Virus record (IMG/VR): IMGVR_UViG_3300020041_000055
Span: 1-6,070 of that record
Length of the DNA stretch: 6,070 nt
DNA from: a virus
Reading direction: 5' to 3' (one strand)
Part shown: in pieces, positions 1 through 4,370 of the stretch
How the letters are laid out: each line of letters starts with the position of its first letter
Position numbering within the stretch: position 1 is the first letter of the stretch
The notes under the pieces: model-generated
Told to the model about the DNA's origin: nothing
Database searches by the model: none
What the model saw: the letters and a program-made list of their open reading frames with translations, nothing else
Translations under genes and position numbers: made by a program

Positions 1-121
1 CTTCCCGTTTCTTCTCACACATGAAGGCATAAACTTTTGGCGTTCCGTTGATCAAGAGTGGCGAGCATTTGTCCGGCATCTTAATTTCAATTTTTAATCT
101 TATTTTTATGAGTCAAATCCA
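1..121. repeat. Terminal direct repeat, copy 1: exact duplicate of 5950..6070, the overlap of a circular genome in a linear window
   Basis: Base-by-base reading shows cttcccgtttcttctcacacatgaagg...ttatttttatgagtcaaatcca at 1..121 and again at 5950..6070 with no mismatch. The offset is 5,949 nt. Positions 1..97 are the duplicated 3' end of CDS 5732..6046 (stop TAA at 95..97 equals 6044..6046). The ATG at 108 equals the ATG at 6057. Confidence 0.97.
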
Positions 122-431
122 TGTAGTTCTTAGTCGTATCAATCCCGCTCTTGCGATTGATCTTGTTCGGTTAGGTCGTCTCGAAGACGGTCAATTTGTT
201 CAGCTGCCTCTTAACCTTTTTCCGGACACTCCTATTTCTGACTTGATCAGATTGACGGACATTTCCGATTCAGCCTATTTGCAGCATAAGGATGTTTCGC
301 GCCTTGTCTCGTCGCTTTCCTGTTATCCTGGCTTTGGCCTTGACTATTTTGAAAACACACTTGTTCTTGTTTTTGATTTTAACTTAGCTGAAGATGAAGT
401 CCCGACGTCGAAAGAAGACCCGCGGTCGTAA
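108..431 (+). CDS. Hypothetical protein, 107 aa, mildly acidic, no family recognised
   Basis: The ORF track gives 48..431 from a TTG. I prefer the in-frame ATG at 108, which lies 10 nt after the stop (95..97) of the preceding CDS and so avoids an overlap. It is on the same strand as all recognisable genes, and third codon positions are mostly T/C, as in the other genes. The translation starts MSQIHVVLSRINPALAIDLVRLGRLEDGQ... and contains no motif I recognise. Confidence 0.55.
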   Translation: MSQIHVVLSRINPALAIDLVRLGRLEDGQFVQLPLNLFPDTPISDLIRLTDISDSAYLQHKDVSRLVSSLSCYPGFGLDYFENTLVLVFDFNLAEDEVPTSKEDPRS

Positions 432-665
432 AACTGTAACCCGGCCGTTACTGGGGAGCGTTCTTTAGTTTTTGATCGTAAATTGATTGGCTTTTGCCGA
501 TATACAGAGTTGCGCTGCCGTTGAGAATGGCCGAGTGATGATTTCCGGTACCGAAGGTATCGCGGTCGCGAGACCGAGGTCCTGAAATCTCGCAGGCCAT
601 TTAGGCGCGCGGTTTTCGCGCTCAAAAGTACCGTCTTTTGAAGCGCATGATAATATTTGACAATT
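432..665 (+). promoter_or_regulatory. Largest non-coding region: hairpin-dense and locally GC-rich, candidate complementary-strand origin or regulatory region
   Basis: The + strand has no ORF longer than about 15 codons here. Four hairpins are readable directly: GTAAC(436..440)/GTTAC(447..451) with loop ccggcc; CGGTC(563..567)/GACCG(572..576) with a GCGA tetraloop; GCGCG(607..611)/CGCGC(617..621) with loop gtttt; and TCAAAAG(622..628)/CTTTTGA(635..641) with loop taccgt. CGGTACCG (546..553) is an 8-bp palindrome. Two possible long-range stems are AATGGCC(526..532)/GGCCATT(595..601) and TGCGCT(511..516)/AGCGCA(642..647). By my count 44 of the 70 nt at 551..620 are G/C. Confidence 0.5.
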
Positions 666-869
666 ATGGATATTTTTGATGCGTTCCGCCCGCGAACTTC
701 GCCTGTTGTTGAGGGTCAGCCACTTTGTTATTCCGTTGCAGCTTATCGCGGTAAAAAGCGTGTTGTTATCGCTTGGTTTTCCGACGAGACTTCCGCCTTT
801 GATTTCGTTACCCGTTGCCGTATTGATCGCCCTGACATTAAATATGATTGCATTAAAAGTCTTTTCTGA
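666..869 (+). CDS. Hypothetical protein, 67 aa, translationally coupled to Rep
   Basis: The ORF track starts at TTG 657. I prefer the in-frame ATG at 666 (MDIFDAFRPRTSPVVEGQPLCYSV...). The stop TGA at 867..869 overlaps the Rep ATG at 869..871 as TGATG. Third codon positions read out are predominantly T/C, matching the recognisable genes. The competing +1 ORF 676..936 is rejected as an alternative-frame artefact of the T-rich strand. No family recognised. Confidence 0.5.
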   Translation: MDIFDAFRPRTSPVVEGQPLCYSVAAYRGKKRVVIAWFSDETSAFDFVTRCRIDRPDIKYDCIKSLF

Positions 870-1939
870 TGGCATGCTCATCCCCTATATGGATACGGAA
901 TCGCCGCTATTTCGACAAGATGAATCCATGTCGTAATGGTTCTGACGTCGCAAAGTCAGCCCTGGCCCTTCGACCGTGGGATGTTGCGCGTCAATGGCTT
1001 ATGGTTCCCTGCGGAAAATGTGAAAACTGTCTGCGTCGTCAGCGTAACGACTGGTTCGTGAGGCTCGAACGCGAGCTTGCTCGATGCAAGGCAGAGCAGA
1101 AGCAGGCTATTTTTGTGACTATTACCATTGCTCCCAAGTATTATGACGAGGCCCTCGTTGATCCGTCGTCCTTCATTCGTCGATGGAATGAGCGGTTGCG
1201 TCATCGTATTGGTCATTCCTTCAAGCACGCTCTTTTTCAGGAGTTTGGCACTCACCCCGAAACCGGTTCCGAACCCCGTCTTCACTTTCACGGTTTTCTT
1301 TTTGCGACCAATACCCTTTATAACGATATTCGTTCTGCTGTTTCCGATTTAGGTTTTGTCTGGCTTTCGAAGGCTACCCTTAAGCGTGCGCGTTATTGTG
1401 TTAAGTATGTTACCAAACAAATTGAGTTTAAACCCGAGGATGTCTCGGATAAATATGTTACGATAAATGGATCAACCATATCACTGTCTTCTCTTCTCCA
1501 ACATCGCCGCTATACAAGGAAGTTTATTTCCGCTGGCGTTGGTGATTATCTTGGCGTTCGCCCTCGTCCTTCTGCCCGTATTTCGTCGTGGTCTTATCTT
1601 GATAGCAGAACTGGTGTCGATTATAAATATTCGATTCCTCGATACTATCTTCGATATCTTGAACAGAAAGACGAGATTCTTCGTTCGGTGGCCGCTGCTG
1701 ACTCTTATGCACGTTTCAGCAAGTCTCCTTTGGTTCAACATGTTGTTGCTTTGTGTGCTAAACGGTTCGGCCTCGATTCCTCCTTATCCCGTAGAGAGGC
1801 ATATTCGTGGGAAATCAAGCAAATGATGCGCTTTTCCGCATCTTCGCAAAAAATGCCCGATTTTGACCCTCCTACTTGGTTGGATCTTGATATTCTTCGA
1901 TTTTGGAGAGATCATTATAAACTTCAACTTCTTATTTAA
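869..1939 (+). CDS. VP4: Rolling-circle replication initiation protein, Microviridae VP4/gpA-like HUH endonuclease, 356 aa
   Basis: The translation shows motif I FVTITI (nt 1112..1129) and HUH motif LHFHGFLF (His-Phe-His at 1283..1291). It also shows the double-tyrosine catalytic motif YCVKYVTK (1394..1417), which compares with phiX174 gpA YVAKYVNK as I recall it. The N-terminal MACSSPIWIRN and the cysteine cluster PCGKCENC (1007..1030) are typical of gokusho/alpa-type VP4 proteins. Stop TAA is at 1937..1939. Confidence 0.93.
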   Translation: MACSSPIWIRNRRYFDKMNPCRNGSDVAKSALALRPWDVARQWLMVPCGKCENCLRRQRNDWFVRLERELARCKAEQKQAIFVTITIAPKYYDEALVDPSSFIRRWNERLRHRIGHSFKHALFQEFGTHPETGSEPRLHFHGFLFATNTLYNDIRSAVSDLGFVWLSKATLKRARYCVKYVTKQIEFKPEDVSDKYVTINGSTISLSSLLQHRRYTRKFISAGVGDYLGVRPRPSARISSWSYLDSRTGVDYKYSIPRYYLRYLEQKDEILRSVAAADSYARFSKSPLVQHVVALCAKRFGLDSSLSRREAYSWEIKQMMRFSASSQKMPDFDPPTWLDLDILRFWRDHYKLQLLI

Positions 1940-1942
1940 TTT

Positions 1943-3736
1943 ATGGGAAAACAACCTTTTATTTCGCACTCCGTAAATGGTTACTCTCGCTATGATGTTC
2001 CTGAGAGTAAAGCTTTTACGTGTACACCGGGTATTTTGTATCCGGTGCGTATCGATTTCATTAATGCTCGAGATCGCGTATCTATTGAGCAGGGCATCGA
2101 CGTTCGTAGTAACCCTTTGGCTGTTCCGTCGTTTAACCCCTACACTATTCGGTTGCATCGTTTTTGGGTGCCGCTCCAGTTGTATCATCCTGAGCTGAGA
2201 ACGAATAGCAGCAAGTTTGACATGAACGATTTGAGTTTGAATTTTGTTGCTGCTTCGTCGACTGCGTCTTATCCATTCACGTATCGCAATTATCCCTATT
2301 CTAATTCGCTACTTCGTTGGTTGCGTATCGTTCCCGCGTCCATTCCGGTCACAACCTCTAGTAATGTTCCCGTAACGGCTAATCTCTCGGCCGCCCAACT
2401 AGGACATCCTTCAGGTTGGTGCAACGCCGATTCTTATCTTGCTTATTGGGATATCGTCCGCAATTACTACAGCTATTCCCAGTGGGGACTCTATTCCTTC
2501 GCTTGGCCCAGTAGTTGGTATTTTATACCCAATAGCACCGGAGCTGGGTACAATGTCCCTCAGTTCAACGACTCCTCATCGTTCTTTTCGCAAAGATTTG
2601 GTAATCTTGAATTTTTGGATGCTTATTTTGAGAGTCAGTTCTATCCTTCGGCAGTACCTTCTTCGAACAATACGTATAATAGAGGAAACCTTTTTTCTCA
2701 GATAATCCTTTCGGATCTTGGCGCAACGATTACCGCTTCTAAGGATGGTTACCCTGTTTCCTCGATTTATCCTGGAAGTACTACTTTGACCGAAGCAGGC
2801 CCCGCGAATCAATTTTCTATCAATCCAAGTGATACACATGTTACTACTCTTGGGTCTTTCCTTGTGGCCCATCCGATGGCCGTTATACCTTCGAATCCCG
2901 ATCGTTACAGTCGGTTACTTCCTGTCGGTAGTGCTGCGGGGGTATCCATGTCCGGCGTTTCCACTATTCCCCAGTTGGCCATTGCTTCGCGTCTTCAGGA
3001 ATATAAAGACCTTCTCGGCGCTGGAGGAAGTCGTTATAGCGACTGGTTGGAAACGTTCTTCGCGTCAAAGATTGAACACGTTGATCGGCCTAAATTGCTT
3101 TTTAGTGCTTCACAGACTATTAACGTTCAGGTGATTATGAATCAAGCCGGCGCTAATAATTTTAGCAATAGCGAATACTCTATGCCTCCTCTTGGTCAGC
3201 AAGGTGGCGCTATCGCGTTCAATGACCGATTAGGTCGTCGACAATCCTATTATTTCCGCGAACCTGGCTATATGATTGATATGCTAAGTATTCGCCCTAT
3301 CTACTATTGGGCAGGCATTTATCCTGACTATCTCCACTACACTGGCGCTGATTATTTTAATCCTATCTATAACGATATTGGATATCAGGATATCCCTGGC
3401 TTTCAGTTTGGCTTTGGAACTACCTCGGCCACAGAGGCTGTAGCTTACGAACCCTGCTTTAATGAGTTTCGATCCTCTTACGATGAGGTTCTCGGTCAGT
3501 TGTCTTTCTTCCAAGGCAGTTCTGATTCTGCACCTCTTTATGCTTATTGGGTACAACAGCGCGTTTTGTCTGCAAGTTATAATCAGTATTACTCCCTTTT
3601 GTTTGTGGATATCGCTCAGGTAAATTCTCCGTTTATCTCCGCAATGGAAGACAATTTCTTTATCAACCTCTCGTATTCTGTTCAGAAGAAGAATTTGGTA
3701 AACAAAACCTTTGCAACCCGTTTGTCTAACCGTTAA
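1943..3736 (+). CDS. VP1: Major capsid protein, Microviridae VP1/F-like jelly-roll, 597 aa
   Basis: This is the largest ORF and starts 3 nt after the Rep stop. The N-terminal block reads FTCTPGILYPVRIDFINARDRVSIEQGIDVRSNPLAVPSFNPYTIRLHRFWVPLQLY. It follows the pattern I know from microvirus capsid proteins: G-x-L-x-P, then D-x-x-x-I, then PL-x-x-P, then aromatic-aromatic-VP-x-x-L. Size and genome context fit. Recognition is by memory of the family pattern, not by alignment. Confidence 0.88.
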   Translation: MGKQPFISHSVNGYSRYDVPESKAFTCTPGILYPVRIDFINARDRVSIEQGIDVRSNPLAVPSFNPYTIRLHRFWVPLQLYHPELRTNSSKFDMNDLSLNFVAASSTASYPFTYRNYPYSNSLLRWLRIVPASIPVTTSSNVPVTANLSAAQLGHPSGWCNADSYLAYWDIVRNYYSYSQWGLYSFAWPSSWYFIPNSTGAGYNVPQFNDSSSFFSQRFGNLEFLDAYFESQFYPSAVPSSNNTYNRGNLFSQIILSDLGATITASKDGYPVSSIYPGSTTLTEAGPANQFSINPSDTHVTTLGSFLVAHPMAVIPSNPDRYSRLLPVGSAAGVSMSGVSTIPQLAIASRLQEYKDLLGAGGSRYSDWLETFFASKIEHVDRPKLLFSASQTINVQVIMNQAGANNFSNSEYSMPPLGQQGGAIAFNDRLGRRQSYYFREPGYMIDMLSIRPIYYWAGIYPDYLHYTGADYFNPIYNDIGYQDIPGFQFGFGTTSATEAVAYEPCFNEFRSSYDEVLGQLSFFQGSSDSAPLYAYWVQQRVLSASYNQYYSLLFVDIAQVNSPFISAMEDNFFINLSYSVQKKNLVNKTFATRLSNR

Positions 3737-3748
3737 TACATTGACTCT

Positions 3749-4045
3749 ATGGCACTTGATTGGTTACTTGAAGACGCTCCCGCTTATGTTTCTCGCGGTC
3801 AGCGTATCCTTTCTGTCCTCGATGGTTCTGGATCAGTCGACGTCCTTCCTGGTCGCCCAGATGTGGTCGCTGAACCCTCTGACTTCGACAAGGGTGAAAA
3901 GTTCAACCCTGACATCGACTTCGATCCTAACTCCTTCTCTCGTATGGATAAGTTCGACGGCCTTGAGGTTGGACAGGAACTCATTGATTCTCAGCTCGAT
4001 AAAGCTAAGTCTACCTCAAAACCTTCTAATTCTGAAGAAAAATAG
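3749..4045 (+). CDS. Hypothetical acidic protein, 98 aa; possible internal scaffolding-like role is speculative
   Basis: ATG at 3749 lies 12 nt after the VP1 stop, and the stop is TAG at 4043..4045. The translation is rich in D/E (…AEPSDFDKGEKFNPDIDFDPNSFSRMDKFDGLEVGQELIDSQLD…). Third codon positions are mostly T/C. The overlapping TTG-initiated ORF 3711..4061 is Leu/Ser/Thr-rich alternative-frame sequence and is rejected. The scaffolding idea rests only on acidity, small size and position between the capsid and pilot genes. Confidence 0.6.
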   Translation: MALDWLLEDAPAYVSRGQRILSVLDGSGSVDVLPGRPDVVAEPSDFDKGEKFNPDIDFDPNSFSRMDKFDGLEVGQELIDSQLDKAKSTSKPSNSEEK

Positions 4046-4114
4046 TACCAGCTTTACTTGACGATATATGCTACGTGCGCGGACCCCTTCTGAAGAGTCC
4101 GTGAATTTCTGAAG
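4030..4114 (+). repeat. Three direct copies of the octamer TTCTGAAG within 85 nt, iteron-like
   Basis: Exact TTCTGAAG occurs at 4030..4037 (last codons of the 98-aa CDS), 4088..4095 and 4107..4114 (intergenic). I found no further exact copies when scanning the rest of the window by eye. Confidence 0.6.
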
Positions 4115-4152
4115 GTTATTGGTAACGACTGCAGGAGAGGCCGCGCATTTTT
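4076..4152 (+). terminator. Candidate structured element or terminator: long-range stem closed just before a T-tract, with a competing inner hairpin
   Basis: TGCGCGG (4076..4082) is the exact reverse complement of CCGCGCA (4141..4147), which is followed directly by TTTTT (4148..4152). An inner hairpin CGGAC(4080..4084)/GTCCG(4097..4101) shares bases 4080..4082 with the outer stem, so the two folds are mutually exclusive. The roughly 58-nt enclosed segment is atypical for a simple intrinsic terminator, hence the low confidence. Confidence 0.3.
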
Positions 4153-4177
4153 CTATCGTTCTTTAAATTTTATCCCT

Positions 4178-4369
4178 ATGTCTGACACTAAAACTCCTTT
4201 CTATAAGTCGAAGGCCTTTTGGACGCTTGTTTCGTCTATTATTGCCGCTCTATCAGCTTTTTTCCTTGCTTCGTGTTCCGCACAGGCAAAGGTTGCTCGA
4301 ACAGGCGTTCACATTGATACTGTTCGCGTAGATTACATTATTCGCTCGAACAATTTTACGCTTCCGTAA
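4178..4369 (+). CDS. Small putative lipoprotein, 63-aa precursor and about 31-aa mature peptide
   Basis: The translation is MSDTKTPFYKSKAFWTLVSSIIAALSAFFLASCSAQAKVARTGVHIDTVRVDYIIRSNNFTLP. It has a positively charged n-region (KSK), a hydrophobic h-region of about 20 residues, and the lipobox L-A-S-C with Cys33 encoded by TGT at 4274..4276. The ORF occupies its own non-overlapping slot. Its stop (4367..4369) is 1 nt before the VP2 ATG (4371). Confidence 0.6.
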   Translation: MSDTKTPFYKSKAFWTLVSSIIAALSAFFLASCSAQAKVARTGVHIDTVRVDYIIRSNNFTLP

Positions 4370-4370
4370 T

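Noticed and set aside
48-107. Upstream TTG starts offered by the ORF track: 48 for the 107-aa ORF and 657 for the 67-aa ORF.
   Set aside because: In-frame ATGs exist at 108 and 666. The TTG at 48 would overlap the preceding CDS by 50 nt. No sequence feature favours the TTG starts, though they cannot be formally excluded.
1-121. The terminal repeats as biological LTR, IS-end or att duplications.
   Set aside because: The repeats are direct, perfectly identical and sit exactly at the window ends. They interrupt a CDS that is restored by circularisation. This is the signature of a circular contig written linearly, not of a mobile-element boundary.
651-659. TAATATTTG just upstream of the 67-aa CDS as a possible -7 promoter box.
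   Set aside because: It has three rather than two bases between TA and TTTG. It ends only 6 nt before the ATG, and no TTTG sits at a suitable -33 distance.
465-881. A 138-aa ATG-initiated minus-strand ORF covering most of the non-coding region 465..665 and antisense to the 67-aa CDS. A second minus-strand ORF (344..625, 93 aa, very basic, R/K/S-rich) superficially resembles a J/VP5-type DNA-binding protein.
   Set aside because: All recognisable genes are on the + strand, and microviruses are transcribed from one strand only. Over 666..869 the 138-aa ORF is in the codon-aligned antisense frame of the + CDS, where stops require the rare sense codons TTA, CTA or TCA, so it is a typical shadow ORF. 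The extension through 465..665 is plausible by chance in locally GC-rich sequence. The 93-aa ORF has only a TTG start and no internal Met. This is still worth a strand-specific transcript check, because a real antisense gene would be unprecedented for the family.
676-936. An 86-aa + strand ORF with TM-like stretches that overlaps the 67-aa CDS and the Rep start in another frame.
   Set aside because: Third-position T/C enrichment supports the 666..869 frame. This ORF is Leu/Ser/Val-rich alternative-frame sequence of a T-rich strand, and it would run into the conserved N-terminus of Rep.
1937-1945. Rep and VP1 are in the same reading phase, separated only by TAA TTT, so stop-codon readthrough would fuse them.
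   Set aside because: There is no readthrough context, slippery site or downstream structure. In-phase neighbours occur by chance one time in three.
3380-3395. Tandem GGATATCA-GGATATCC containing two EcoRV-type palindromes inside VP1.
   Set aside because: It is fully explained by the coding sequence (att gga tat cag gat atc cct = IGYQDIP). It is too short to argue for any function.
3711-4061. A 116-aa + strand ORF overlapping the VP1 end and the whole acidic 98-aa CDS.
   Set aside because: It has a TTG start only and a Leu/Ser/Thr-rich low-information translation. The 3749..4045 frame has an ATG, a sensible position after the VP1 stop and gene-like codon usage.
4051-4082. Weak resemblance of the reverse complement (ccGCGCAcgtaGcATATatcGTcAAgT) to the E. 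coli dif/XerCD site, which would hint at Xer-mediated integration as proposed for Bacteroidota microvirus prophages.
   Set aside because: Only about 15 of 27 positions match in my manual alignment, and the conserved XerD arm is poorly matched. The relevant host dif sequence is also unknown. This is not distinguishable from chance.
4109-4119. The 11-mer CTGAAGGTTAT is shared between the 4046..4177 gap (4109..4119) and the VP2 3' region (5557..5567).
   Set aside because: Several repeated 11-mers are expected by chance in about 6 kb, roughly (6000 squared / 2) / 4 to the 11th. The second copy is ordinary coding sequence.
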